Of a DNA stretch of 64,000 nucleotides, positions 55,201-64,000 are shown in pieces. The position numbers and the translations under genes were made by a program. Origin of the DNA: Clostridiales bacterium. Its GTDB lineage: Bacteria; Bacillota; Clostridia; Oscillospirales; Oscillospiraceae. The notes below the pieces were generated by a model. It was not told the DNA's origin and made no database searches. It saw only the letters and a program-made list of their open reading frames with translations. Location: NCBI GenBank assembly GCA_004556205.1, contig SFIL01000016.1, positions 3,898 to 67,897 of the forward strand. Direction: 5' to 3'. Each line of letters opens with the position of its first letter. The first letter of the stretch is position 1.

Positions 55201-58200
55201 CCGCCGGTTCCGCTGCCGCCGGTAATGTCGGTGGTGTACTCGAAGGCCTCGAAGTCTGTCGCGGTAGTATAGGTTTCGTTGAGCAGAACCGTGACCGTTA
55301 TATCCTCCGTGATATTCTCGACCGTGATCGTTCCGGTCATGTTCAGATACGGCGAAATGGAGGACCCAGAGGTATCCAGCGTGTAGGCAAGCGTATTTGT
55401 TACGCTCGCGCTGCCTGTAGAGCTAACCGTAATGGTCGGCTGCTGTGTGCTGCACCACATTCTCAAGCGGCTGGCATTGGTCAGCGTCAAGGTCAGGGTT
55501 TTCCCGTCTTCCACGCCACTCACGGAGAAGGAAGCGGTGCTGGTTGCGCCGCTCAAGCCGGTGCATTCCTCCGTGCCGGAATCGCTTTGTCCGTTGATGA
55601 GGAAGCTCACGGTATGCGTGCTGCCCGCAGCGCGCGACGAGGCGGGCGTGATGCTCCGGCTCGTAACCTCAGCGGTCGTCACATCAAAGGTCGAGAATGT
55701 GCTGGTGCTCCAAACGCCGGTAAACAGCACGGTAACGGTAACATCCTCCGTGACATTCGTGACCGTAATGCCGCCGCTCAGCGTGATGAAATGGTTATAT
55801 GTCATATCTGACACATACGACAACGTATGGGTCGTCTTACTCTCCGCGGTACTTGTGACCGCCAGCGTGGGATTGTCGTCAACAGCGCCCAAGCCGGACG
55901 CTTCGTTGATCGTCAAGGTCGCTGTGCTGCCGGTACTGACCTCAATGGAATAGCTGCTGGGCGTGTAGGAATCCTTGATAGAGCTTCCTTCCTTATAGCG
56001 ATGGTTAAACACAAAGGTGACCGTGTGCGTTGCCGGTGCCGCCTTTGCCGTGGCGGTATCCACCTGCATGACCTGCGCGGTGACCTCCGGCAGATCTGCG
56101 GTATTCGTCAGGTGGTTGCCGTCTGCGTCCACCCAGCTCTTATATACCATAAGATCCGAAGCGGAGGGTTGACGGTTATAAATGGTCACGGTGCTGTTAT
56201 TTCTTGTCACATTGCCGCAGGTGCTTGCCTCCGCGCCGGAGTTGACCTGATAGGTAGTCGTGTAGACCGCGCCGCTTGCAGAGGTAATGGTCTGCGTAAT
56301 ACGGTAGACATAGATGTTGCCGTTTTCATCCTTGACAGGCAGATCGCTGAACGTTCCGCTCCATGTGCCGCTGCCGAAGGTTTTGGAATCGACCGCTGTC
56401 GGCGCTCCGACGATATTGCCGCTGCCGTCCGTGCTGTAGCGGTAAAGGGTATCGGTGGTCGTTTCATCGGGATTCGTGAGCTGCACTCCCTCGCCGTCAT
56501 ACCAAAGGGTATTGACATTGATGTGCATGGTCGTTTCCAAACCGCTGACCCACTTACCGTTGTTACCCAGCGTGACCGTGACCTGATTCGTTGCGGAATC
56601 AAAGGCGGTTGTATTGACGTTGGGATTTGTCTCCGTGGTATTTTCGCCCTTGATCACGGCAGGGATATCGTTGATCTCACCGGTGGTGACCATCGGCGAG
56701 TCTCCGTCAAGCGTGAACACCACGGTGGTAGGTGCGGTATCCCAGTTGTTGGTGTAAAGCGTCTCGCCGGAATCCTTCTTTTCCGCGGTCGGCGCGATGT
56801 TGTAATTCAGATAGGCCGGAGTCGTTGCGGAATAGCTGCCGCTTGCGGCGCTGTAGATGTAGCTCGGTACCAAGTCGGCGGGAATCGTCCATGTCAGCAC
56901 CTGCGCGCCGGAGTCGTTGACGGTAACGGCAGCGCGCATACCGCTCAGAGACACGGGCGTCAGCGAGGCGTCCGGATAGACCGTGCCGGAATAGGTGTAG
57001 GTGCCGCCGGAGACAGTCGGCAGATATTCCTTACCACCGTAGGTCAGCACCGGCGCGGAGGTAATCTCCATGCCGTCGCCGATGGTATCGGTAAATACCA
57101 GCTCTGTACCGTCTAAGAGCGCGCTGTGAAGTACGGTCCGCGTCTCGGTCTTTTGCAGCGCACTGAGCAGCGCACTGGACAGACCCGAGATGTCCGCGTC
57201 AGAGACGTTGAAATACTGATCGGCATAGCTGCTGCCGTTATAGAGTGTGTCAGAGGCGGTCAGCAGGGTATGCAGGTCGGAAGCATAATTGAACAGTGTG
57301 CTGGAAGAGGTCAGATTGCTGACATTCTCCGCCGAGGGATCCAGCACGGTGGTAACAAACGCGGAGTCTATGGCATCCGTATCGGCGGTCATGTCATTCA
57401 TGCCCACGCCGACGGTATAGAAACGGCTGTTGGGATTGCCGTTATACAGTGCCTTCGTCTCTCCGGCAAAGTACTGACCGGACAGAATGGTGTAGTAGGC
57501 GATCTCGTCCATGCTCACATCCGACTGCGTGCCGTCGCTTGCAATACCGATCGTGCCGTTGCCGATCGTACTCGTTCCGATGACGGAGTTGCTGTAGTCC
57601 GTGGTCGCCCATGTAGGCTGGCCGTCGGTCACAAGGATGATGACCGGTGTGCGGTCATAGGTCTTGCCGCCCGTGGTGTAGGTGCGGTTCGTCTCATCGC
57701 TGAGCATCTTATACGCAGCGGCGATGCCGGTCTGCGTATAGGTGCCGCCCGTTATCGTCACGGAGTTTCCGGTGTAGCTGCTTCCGTTGCGCAACGCTGT
57801 CAGCGTTCCGTTGCTGTTTGTGGTATCATAGGAATAGCTCAGGCTGACGGAGCTGTACGTACCGAGGGAAAGGAGTGCCGACGCGTTGCTTTCCGTAACG
57901 CCTGCCGTGGTTGCCGCGCCGGAATAGGTCACGATGCCGATGCGGTTGTCGGCGTTTGCCGAGATCAGGGAGGAGCAGAGCGTATTGATCTGCGTCGTCA
58001 CCTGCGCCATACGGCGGCTGGTGGTGCTCGAGCCGAGGAGCGTATTCATGCTGCCGGAAATATCCAGCACGAAGACCACATCCATGGGAATGCTGACATT
58101 TTCGTCCAGCGTCTCGTAATAATCCTTCGCAACGGCGGACAGCGTTGCGTTAAATTCCTCGCTTGCCGTGTCGTAGCCGATCGTCTTATCTACATTCACC

Positions 58201-60269
58201 GTGCCGGGCATTGCGCTTTGGGTGATGCCCGTGATAACGGTGGAGGGATCGGCGCTGCCGTTTTGACCGCTGCCGGTGTTCTCCTCACGCGTCAGGACCA
58301 GCTTACCGTTATTGCCAAGCGTCGAGGACATTGCCGCGCAGGTAATGGTGGTAACATTACCGTCGCCGTCAGTCACATCCACGTCATGGGTCGCGCCGGC
58401 GGTGATGGTCGTTACATTGTCGTTCGTGCCGGTGACATTGCTGCTCTTTGCGGTCGCAACAGTGCTTGCCTCGCCGAAGGTAGCGGTATAGTATGCCGAC
58501 TCGGTACTCAAGCTGTAAGAAACCGTCGTGGGCTTGTCGGTATAGTTGTTGGTATAGAGCGTCATGCCGCTGCTTGTCACCGCACTGAGCGTCTCAGAGG
58601 TCGGTTCAATGTCATAAGACAGCTTGACCGCCTCCGCCGCGACATAGGACTTATTCGCCGTATCATAGGAATAAGACGGCACAAGCTCTGACGGCAGGTT
58701 CCATGTCAACGTCTGCCGTCCGTTTGTGTCGGTGGTCACGGTAACGCGCATGGTATCCAAAGAAACGGTATAGTCCGCGTAATCCGATGCGTTGAGCGGC
58801 TTGACCGTGCCGGAATAGGTATAAGTGACTGTGTTTCCGCTCGTCGTGCGGGTTGCGTAATAGTTCGTTCCTGCGTAGTTGAGGACAGGAGCGGAGCTGA
58901 TGTACATGCCGTCTCCGATGGTATCGGTAAAAGTCGCCGTCGTGCCTGACTCCAGCGGACCATAATAGTCTGTCTGCGCGGTCGAGACGCTGATGGCGGC
59001 GATATCCGCGAAGACCTGCGCCATCGCGTAGCCCGTATTTGCGTTATCGACCACATAGCTGTCGGTGGCGTAATCATAGGTACCGGTGTAGCTGCTGCCG
59101 CCGAGATCGCTGTAAAGCAGGGAGGAATAGTTCTTGGTATTCCCGCTCGAGTCCTGTACGCTGTTGTTGACATAATAATCGCTGTCGCTGTTCAGCGCGG
59201 CAACGTTTTCCGCCGTGGGGTTCAAAAAAGCGGAAGCGAAGGTGGAGCTGACATTGGAAAGAACGTCTACGCCGATGCCCACCGTCATGAAGCGGTAATT
59301 CGGATTGGCGGTATAGTCGCTGCTGTATAGCTTTGCCATACGGTCGCTGTAATACTTTGCGGTGCGGACAGTATAATAGGCGATTTCATCAAGCGACTGA
59401 TCGGTGTCGGACGAGCCGTCCCCGATGCCGGATTGGGTCGAGGAGGTAATGCTGTAATAGCTGCTGTTTGCCCAGGTAGGCTGTCCGTCGGTGATCAGCA
59501 CGACGACCGGCGTGCGGTAGACCGTCTCTCCCTTCACCGTCACGGTGCGGTCTGTGTTGGCGCTCATCATGTCATACGCCTTGGCAATGCCGGTCTGTGT
59601 AAAGGTACCGCCCGCCATGTTTACGGAACCGGTGCTTTCGGTCGCCGCGTCCGCCGCCTGGTAGGTAACATCGAGCTTCTTGGTCTCATAGGTGGAGTTG
59701 TCCGAAAGGGTCAGCGAGGTATCCGCCGTGCTGAAATCCACCTTGCTGTAACGATCCAACGGCAAGAGTACCTGTGCGTTGTTATCGCTCGTGCCGACCT
59801 CGATGTTGCCGGAGAAGGTCACAACGCCCAAGCGGTTGTTCGTGCCCTCGATCACATTGTCGATCAGGGTGTTCATGCCCCAGGAGAGGTAATCCACGCG
59901 CGTCCAGTCGGTCGTGTCGGGCGTGACGACCGTCTCTTTCATGCTGCCGGAGATGTCCACGATTACAATGACATCCATCGGGACCAGATCCTCCGCAGTG
60001 ACATTCTCCTGATAATCCTTTGCCAGTGCGGAGAGCGTCGCGGTAAAGCTCTGTGTTACGGCATCATAGCTTACGCTCTTATCCGCATAAAAACTGCCCG
60101 CCAACGCGTTGCTGTCCAGCGCGCCGATTACGGTAGACGGGTCGGCGCTGCCGACAGCCGTCAAAGCTCCGTCTGCGGCTGCCGAAGCGGCAGGAATACC
60201 AACCGTCAGCGCGGACGCTAAAATGCTCAACGCTAACAGCATGGAAAGCAATCTGCTTTTTATCTTCAT
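52281..60269 (-). CDS. giant (~2660 aa) secreted adhesin-like protein: two vWA modules, CnaB-like/Ig-like domains, Cys-rich repeats and three SLH domains
   Basis: Signal peptide; two DISGS MIDAS motifs; SLH motifs DRAMLVT, TREQAAT, TRAQAAA; start 60269 chosen for RBS spacing (alternative 60275). Confidence 0.9.
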   Translation of the reverse strand: MKIKSRLLSMLLALSILASALTVGIPAASAAADGALTAVGSADPSTVIGALDSNALAGSFYADKSVSYDAVTQSFTATLSALAKDYQENVTAEDLVPMDVIVIVDISGSMKETVVTPDTTDWTRVDYLSWGMNTLIDNVIEGTNNRLGVVTFSGNIEVGTSDNNAQVLLPLDRYSKVDFSTADTSLTLSDNSTYETKKLDVTYQAADAATESTGSVNMAGGTFTQTGIAKAYDMMSANTDRTVTVKGETVYRTPVVVLITDGQPTWANSSYYSITSSTQSGIGDGSSDTDQSLDEIAYYTVRTAKYYSDRMAKLYSSDYTANPNYRFMTVGIGVDVLSNVSSTFASAFLNPTAENVAALNSDSDYYVNNSVQDSSGNTKNYSSLLYSDLGGSSYTGTYDYATDSYVVDNANTGYAMAQVFADIAAISVSTAQTDYYGPLESGTTATFTDTIGDGMYISSAPVLNYAGTNYYATRTTSGNTVTYTYSGTVKPLNASDYADYTVSLDTMRVTVTTDTNGRQTLTWNLPSELVPSYSYDTANKSYVAAEAVKLSYDIEPTSETLSAVTSSGMTLYTNNYTDKPTTVSYSLSTESAYYTATFGEASTVATAKSSNVTGTNDNVTTITAGATHDVDVTDGDGNVTTITCAAMSSTLGNNGKLVLTREENTGSGQNGSADPSTVITGITQSAMPGTVNVDKTIGYDTASEEFNATLSAVAKDYYETLDENVSIPMDVVFVLDISGSMNTLLGSSTTSRRMAQVTTQINTLCSSLISANADNRIGIVTYSGAATTAGVTESNASALLSLGTYSSVSLSYSYDTTNSNGTLTALRNGSSYTGNSVTITGGTYTQTGIAAAYKMLSDETNRTYTTGGKTYDRTPVIILVTDGQPTWATTDYSNSVIGTSTIGNGTIGIASDGTQSDVSMDEIAYYTILSGQYFAGETKALYNGNPNSRFYTVGVGMNDMTADTDAIDSAFVTTVLDPSAENVSNLTSSSTLFNYASDLHTLLTASDTLYNGSSYADQYFNVSDADISGLSSALLSALQKTETRTVLHSALLDGTELVFTDTIGDGMEITSAPVLTYGGKEYLPTVSGGTYTYSGTVYPDASLTPVSLSGMRAAVTVNDSGAQVLTWTIPADLVPSYIYSAASGSYSATTPAYLNYNIAPTAEKKDSGETLYTNNWDTAPTTVVFTLDGDSPMVTTGEINDIPAVIKGENTTETNPNVNTTAFDSATNQVTVTLGNNGKWVSGLETTMHINVNTLWYDGEGVQLTNPDETTTDTLYRYSTDGSGNIVGAPTAVDSKTFGSGTWSGTFSDLPVKDENGNIYVYRITQTITSASGAVYTTTYQVNSGAEASTCGNVTRNNSTVTIYNRQPSASDLMVYKSWVDADGNHLTNTADLPEVTAQVMQVDTATAKAAPATHTVTFVFNHRYKEGSSIKDSYTPSSYSIEVSTGSTATLTINEASGLGAVDDNPTLAVTSTAESKTTHTLSYVSDMTYNHFITLSGGITVTNVTEDVTVTVLFTGVWSTSTFSTFDVTTAEVTSRSITPASSRAAGSTHTVSFLINGQSDSGTEECTGLSGATSTASFSVSGVEDGKTLTLTLTNASRLRMWCSTQQPTITVSSTGSASVTNTLAYTLDTSGSSISPYLNMTGTITVENITEDITVTVLLNETYTTATDFEAFEYTTDITGGSGTGGGDTGGGETGGGETGGETTVTETVYTTVTLNAANGWLVSLTDLPTALSDESYDHTYTYYVVETNGADYGVTYTNNDGVTAGLITMTNTAPVKTVPDTVVVDYGLPVDIHVLANDTFGTKGTLIGIGAVPTSTEATDELQSGFESTYTGLFGKAEISGDAVVYTPANMQMSDKEVFAYAVKYTDGDTVRYFYDTVTVAPATTIYYEDSFIALEGNWETAGESQSAHQSEDRPGDFEFPDYDADNVYGYDGAYDTCTTYSLGSAVKTTVSSDTYTQNRSWPTAKFTFSGTGFDLISLTSNQTGFITCRVYEGTTTDTVYKSWVVDTYYGYERTIDTENPWVKYTWTYNGERWSAVKECVAEKGADETVELPTNPQAGDVYVQYKENYVWTPATGADNSLYQIPVIKSPELPYGTYTVVITPTYIPFFDHTGAGSYDFYLDAVRVYNPVQNMDDYYVLDGEGWPQYIELRKQLLGKDASDNAEAYVNGISFIDGVDNGGVSDYESYGPNNEIYLNSRQAVAFALESNGASIASVQIGIKTFDQTGTLTASCVDTENNTLATDDLQIGTHTDMYYSLTNLNGVSCLQWQESGTVSQAIVLTNTGDTPITLTTLKITYKSQPTTEAELCMNLALMQAAGEHVTQKLASLQAKCYHRFTYAVTAAPTETDEGILTCTCADCGEVETLAMSVLSDARYTVEITSEPTCTTAGVRTYTDSEYAVSFSVAIPALGHDLVTDAAVAATCTQSGLTEGFHCTRCAYRVEQTVTEALGHSFAGGVCTLCGAEQPCSSVNYTDVPAESDWAHEGIDFVIERELMNGVGANTFAPDETMDRAMLVTVLWRLEGKPEVPAKAEFVDVPDGQWYSAAVAWTQSEGIVNGVGNGRFDPSGEVTREQAATVLYRYACSKQLSEKRGDLTRFADRDEVSAWAEEAVCWAEACGILQGSGEGERLLLMPTASLTRAQAAAMLMRYCNVTEATK

Positions 60270-60483
60270 TTTCATTACTCCTTTTGCTCAAATAGTGAAT
60301 CGTCTTTTCCCGCACATACCGTGTCCTTTTTTAAGAGATGTAAAACATCCCGTGGAACGCAGCGCGGTTCGACAATCGGCATTTCATAGTTCATAGACAG
60401 TGTTTCAAAAAGCGCAACAATATGCTCCCTATTCTTTTATTAATTAAAGCGTTCAAGGGTGAATATACAGCTCATACTTCATA

Positions 60484-60512
60484 ATTTTACCTACCGATAA
60501 AAATAATGTCAA
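60484..60512 (-). promoter_or_regulatory. sigma-A promoter of the adhesin-peptide operon
   Basis: TTGACA-17 bp-TAAAAT on the minus strand in an AT-rich region. Confidence 0.6.
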
Positions 60513-60772
60513 ATAAAATCATTTCGATTTTTACACGATTTTTGTCAAATAAGCCATTATATTTTTAGTGAAATTTACAAATGCTTCGGTTTTTAGCAGT
60601 AAAAATCCCAAAAATCTTCGAAAAAGCCTTATTTCCCGCAAATTCATTGACGCTTTTGTGACGCTTGTCCTGATATACTGCAGTTTATTATGGAAAAATG
60701 TACCTCTTCGCATAGGGCGCAGCTTGATTGACCTTCTCACCGTAGTCTCTGTAATTAATTATAGAGATATTG

Positions 60773-61012
60773 CTCTCAGCGTGTCGAAAAAGTCTCCGAC
60801 GTGTCATTGCGAGGAGCGCAGCGACGTGGCAATCTAATTAGAAAAATTTCGTATGCGCCGGAAAAAATATAAGAAGCGAAATTATTCTGCGAGATTGTAG
60901 CCGCAAGGGGTACGCCGCATCCGTAAGGCGGCAAAGCCGCCAACGGCTGCGCAGCCACGACTCCTGCAGGGTCTCGCAATGACAAGACTATCGTTTTTTG
61001 ACAGTCTGAGAG
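60773..61012. mobile_element. composite MITE-like unit enclosing two inverted family A REPs; the second carries the 57-nt module (60898-60954)
   Basis: Terminal IR CTCTCAGCGTGTCGAAAAA / TTTTTGACAGTCTGAGAG; REPs at 60802-60835 (plus) and 60891-60984 (minus). Confidence 0.65.
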
Positions 61013-61195
61013 ATATTCCTCTTTTATCTTTTATGAAAGCAATTCATTCCGATAGGAGATTTGTCCATGAAGCAAGCACAGTATGCCGCAGAGAAAAAAT
61101 TACGCGTGTCTGCCCTCTTGAAAAAGAGGCAGTCTTTTTTATATTAACTGCAGCAAATCACGTACGGCTCTCTCCGTCCTGATTATGACAAAATT

Positions 61196-61238
61196 GTCAC
61201 ACGGAAGTCACCGAAGCGTCACCGAAAGGCGTTATACT
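61196..61238 (+). promoter_or_regulatory. OmpR/PhoB-type direct-repeat box and -10 of the ABC operon
   Basis: GTCAC at 61196, 61207 and 61218 (exact 11-bp period); TATACT at 61233-61238; no consensus -35. Confidence 0.65.
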
Positions 61239-61271
61239 GAGGGCAGAACGATCGATAAAGGAGAAAAAACG

Positions 61272-61955
61272 ATGGAATTATTACGCATCGAGCATCTGAC
61301 TAAAACCTACGGGGCAGGGGAAAACACCGTCCGCGCGCTGGATGATGTCTCCTTCAGTGTTACGCAAGGTGAATTCTTAGCCATCATCGGTCCGTCCGGC
61401 TCGGGAAAATCAACCCTTCTGCACATTCTCGGCGGCGTTGACCGCCCGACGAGCGGCAATGTCTACATGAACGGCGAGGATGTCTATTCCCGCTCCGACA
61501 CCGCGCTTGCGATCTTCCGCCGCCGCGAGGTCGGGCTGATTTACCAGTTTTACAACCTCATTCCCGTGCTGAATGTGATCGAGAACATTACCCTGCCCGT
61601 CTTGATGGACGGCAGAAAGGTCAACGAGGAACGCTTGCATGAGCTGCTGCACACCCTGCGCCTCGAGGGGCGCGAAAAGCACCTGCCCAATCAGCTCTCC
61701 GGTGGACAACAGCAGCGTGTGTCCATCGGCAGAGCGCTGATGAACGCGCCCTCCGTCGTCCTTGCCGACGAGCCGACGGGCAATTTGGACAGCAAGAATT
61801 CGCAGGAGATCGTCGAGCTGTTAAAATACTCCAACCGCGAATACGGGCAAACTCTCATCGTCATCACGCACGACGAGTCTATCGCCTTACAGGCAGACCG
61901 CGTCATCGCCATTGAAGACGGCCACATCGTCAGAGACGAGGTGATCCGTAAATGA
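61272..61955 (+). CDS. ABC transporter ATP-binding protein (MacB/LolD type)
   Basis: GPSGSGKST, LSGGQQQR, LADEPTGNLD, ITHD; AAAGGAG RBS. Confidence 0.93.
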   Translation: MELLRIEHLTKTYGAGENTVRALDDVSFSVTQGEFLAIIGPSGSGKSTLLHILGGVDRPTSGNVYMNGEDVYSRSDTALAIFRRREVGLIYQFYNLIPVLNVIENITLPVLMDGRKVNEERLHELLHTLRLEGREKHLPNQLSGGQQQRVSIGRALMNAPSVVLADEPTGNLDSKNSQEIVELLKYSNREYGQTLIVITHDESIALQADRVIAIEDGHIVRDEVIRK

Positions 61956-64000
61956 GTATCTTTCATCGCGTCGCGGTGCAGTCCATGCGCAAAAACCGCA
62001 CCCGCACGATCGTGACCATCATCGGCGTGATTTTGTCGGCAGCGATGTTCACGGCGGTCACGACCTTCGCAGGCACCCTGATGCACCATTTGCAGCGCAC
62101 CGCCGCCTACCAGTCGGGCACCTATTATTTCTCTCTCTTGGATGTGGATGCCGCGACCGCCAAGGCAGCGGCGCAGGATCGGGACACTGAAGCACTCACG
62201 GCAGCGCAGGTGCTCGGCTATGCCAAGGTCGCCTCCGCAAATGAGAACAAGCCCTTCCTCTATGTTCACGGCATGGGCGAGGGCTATACCGACCTGCTGC
62301 CCGTCCACCTGATCGCGGGCAGGCTGCCGGAAAACAGCACGGAGCTGGTCGTTCCGGAGCATTTGGACTATGACGGTGAGGTCACGCTTGCACTCGGCGA
62401 GACCGTCACGCTCGAATTCGGTATTCGCAGCTACCAAGGCACGCCGCTTTGGCAGAATAATATGTATTTTCCCTACGAGCCGGAGGACTTTACGCCCACC
62501 GTGACGCGCACCTATACCGTCGTCGGCATCAGCGAACGCGCAGACTATGAGGACTACAGCGCGCCCGGCTATCTCGCCCTGACTTGCGCCGATCCCACGA
62601 TTGAAACCGGTGTCTACGACCTCTACGTACGCACGACGGACTATGACACCGACACAATGAATGCCTTTATGAATCGCTACACCTTCAGCGCGGGAAGCGT
62701 AAACTGGAACTATCTGATGGCGCTCGGCAACTATAAATATGACAATTACACCGGCTTCGTCACGGTCTTTGTCGCCGTGCTCGTCTTTTTGATCCTCCTC
62801 GGCTCGGTCAGCATGATCTACTCCGCCTTTTCCATCTCCGTCAGCGAACGCACAAAGCAGTTCGGTCTGCTCTCGTCCATCGGTGCGACAAGGAAGCAGC
62901 TCCGCGCCACCGTCCTGCACGAGGCTGCAATCGTCTGCCTGATCGGCATTCCGCTCGGACTTTTAGCAGGCTGCGGCGGTATGTGGATTACGATCACGCT
63001 TTTGGGCGACAAGCTGACCGCCATGTTCGGCGGTGCAAGCACCGGTGCTCTTGCCATGCAGTACCATGTCTCCGCCGTCTCCCTGATTGCCGCCGCAGCG
63101 ATTGCCGTTTTGACCGTCCTGCTCTCCGCGATCATTCCAGCGCGCCGCGCCATGAAGGTGACCGCCATTGAAGCCATCCGCCAGAGCCGCGATGTCGCCG
63201 TCAAGGGGCGCGATGTGCGCAGCGGCAAGCTGACCTATAAGCTGTTCGGTCTGCCCGGGATGCTGTCAAAAAAATACTTCCGCCGCAGCCGCAAAAAATA
63301 CCGCGCGACGATCTTCTCCCTCGCCATGAGCGTCCTGCTCTTCGTCTCGGCGGGCACCTACGGAATGTATCTGACCGACTCCGTCGAGGGCGTCGCCGCC
63401 ACCGCACCTTACGACCTCAGTTACAGCTCGAGCGCGGTGTCAATGGACAACTACGAAAAAATCCTGCCCGATCTGCGGCAGGCGGACGGCATCAAAACCG
63501 CCGTCGCTTCCACCCTGCGTGTGGAAAGTGCCGTCTTCGACGCCGGTCAGCTTGCAAAAAGCTATGTTGAGTTCCGCAACGGCGTGTCGGAGCCGTCGCA
63601 GACGGAGATCAGCATTTTCTACCTCGACGAGGCCAGCTTTGACGCCGTTTTGTCGCATTGCGGTCTGACCCGTGCGGACTATGATGCCAATCCCGGCGCG
63701 GTCGTGTGCAACCGCATTATCTCCAACCTCTATTCCACTGACGGCAACGAGCGCGTCACCTATCATGGCGCCTATTTGGACGAAGGCCAGCGCTCCGTGC
63801 CCCTTTTGCAGAGCGCTTCCGGTGAGAATGAGATCTACGAAGGCAGCGAATACTTAGACGGCGCATGGGTCAGCCATTACAGCAACAGCGAAACGGGAGA
63901 ATCCACCGTCCGCCCGGCAATGCTGCAACAGCAGCCCATCCTTGCCTATACGGATGAAGACCTCTTCGGCACGAATCGCGACATGATCTGCCTGTACCTG
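61952..64000 (+). CDS. FtsX-like ABC permease, 5' part (runs off the window)
   Basis: Manual translation from the ATGA overlap: MSIFHRVAVQSMRKNRTRTIVTIIGVILS...SISVSERTKQFGLLSSIGATRKQL; absent from the ORF track because no stop falls in the window. Confidence 0.9.
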   Translation, partial: MSIFHRVAVQSMRKNRTRTIVTIIGVILSAAMFTAVTTFAGTLMHHLQRTAAYQSGTYYFSLLDVDAATAKAAAQDRDTEALTAAQVLGYAKVASANENKPFLYVHGMGEGYTDLLPVHLIAGRLPENSTELVVPEHLDYDGEVTLALGETVTLEFGIRSYQGTPLWQNNMYFPYEPEDFTPTVTRTYTVVGISERADYEDYSAPGYLALTCADPTIETGVYDLYVRTTDYDTDTMNAFMNRYTFSAGSVNWNYLMALGNYKYDNYTGFVTVFVAVLVFLILLGSVSMIYSAFSISVSERTKQFGLLSSIGATRKQLRATVLHEAAIVCLIGIPLGLLAGCGGMWITITLLGDKLTAMFGGASTGALAMQYHVSAVSLIAAAAIAVLTVLLSAIIPARRAMKVTAIEAIRQSRDVAVKGRDVRSGKLTYKLFGLPGMLSKKYFRRSRKKYRATIFSLAMSVLLFVSAGTYGMYLTDSVEGVAATAPYDLSYSSSAVSMDNYEKILPDLRQADGIKTAVASTLRVESAVFDAGQLAKSYVEFRNGVSEPSQTEISIFYLDEASFDAVLSHCGLTRADYDANPGAVVCNRIISNLYSTDGNERVTYHGAYLDEGQRSVPLLQSASGENEIYEGSEYLDGAWVSHYSNSETGESTVRPAMLQQQPILAYTDEDLFGTNRDMICLYL

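Noticed and set aside
52257..58691. Long plus-strand ORFs (721, 427, 429, 521 aa) opposite the adhesin
   Set aside because: Antisense shadows with no recognisable domains
60276..60483. Possible c-di-GMP riboswitch in the long adhesin leader
   Set aside because: I could not find the expected GGCAAA/GCAAA paired architecture by eye; an Infernal scan would be needed to exclude it
60647..60731. Plus-strand promoter-like sequence followed by a 13-codon ORF
   Set aside because: The -35/-10 spacing is 21 bp, there is no RBS, and the region is AT-rich, so chance is likely
61691..62920. 409-aa minus-strand ORF
   Set aside because: Shadow of the plus-strand ABC ATPase and FtsX permease
1..64000. tRNA, rRNA, integrase, transposase, prophage or defence genes
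   Set aside because: None recognised by eye on either strand; small ncRNAs cannot be excluded without a covariance-model search

Overview
This 64-kb window is GC-rich chromosomal DNA from an anaerobic, probably spore-forming Firmicute. An Oscillospiraceae-like Clostridia origin is inferred from gene content (SLH proteins, spoIIE, group B [FeFe]-hydrogenase). Housekeeping genes (folA, thyA, pgi, ROK kinase-mrnC-rqcH, prfB, secG) are mixed with accessory loci: an ECF Ni/Co importer, three SLH-anchored surface proteins, a compact ethanolamine-utilisation microcompartment operon, an HTH-TPR regulator with an MFS exporter, a large acyl-CoA dehydratase-activase fusion, and two two-component system/ABC transporter modules. 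No rRNA, tRNA, CRISPR array, transposase or integrase was recognised. Intergenic gaps are dense in small repeats: about 14 TGTCATTGCG...GCAATC REP-like units, GTAG-type REPs, IS5-like MITEs and heptamer tandem repeats. Most notable observations: (1) an 81-aa four-Cys peptide with a YxxPxL RiPP-leader motif, translationally coupled to a ~2660-aa double-vWA SLH adhesin, the pair lying between a two-component system and its likely ABC transporter; (2) a 57-nt hairpin module nested three times inside REP units, at two sites and in both orientations; (3) a symmetric ladder of 7-nt repeats separated by unique hairpins after secG; (4) six short internal deletions (pgi, xre, eutL, eutN, eutH, prfB) that are more likely assembly artefacts than real decay. 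All calls come from reading the sequence and recalled family motifs; no searches were run.
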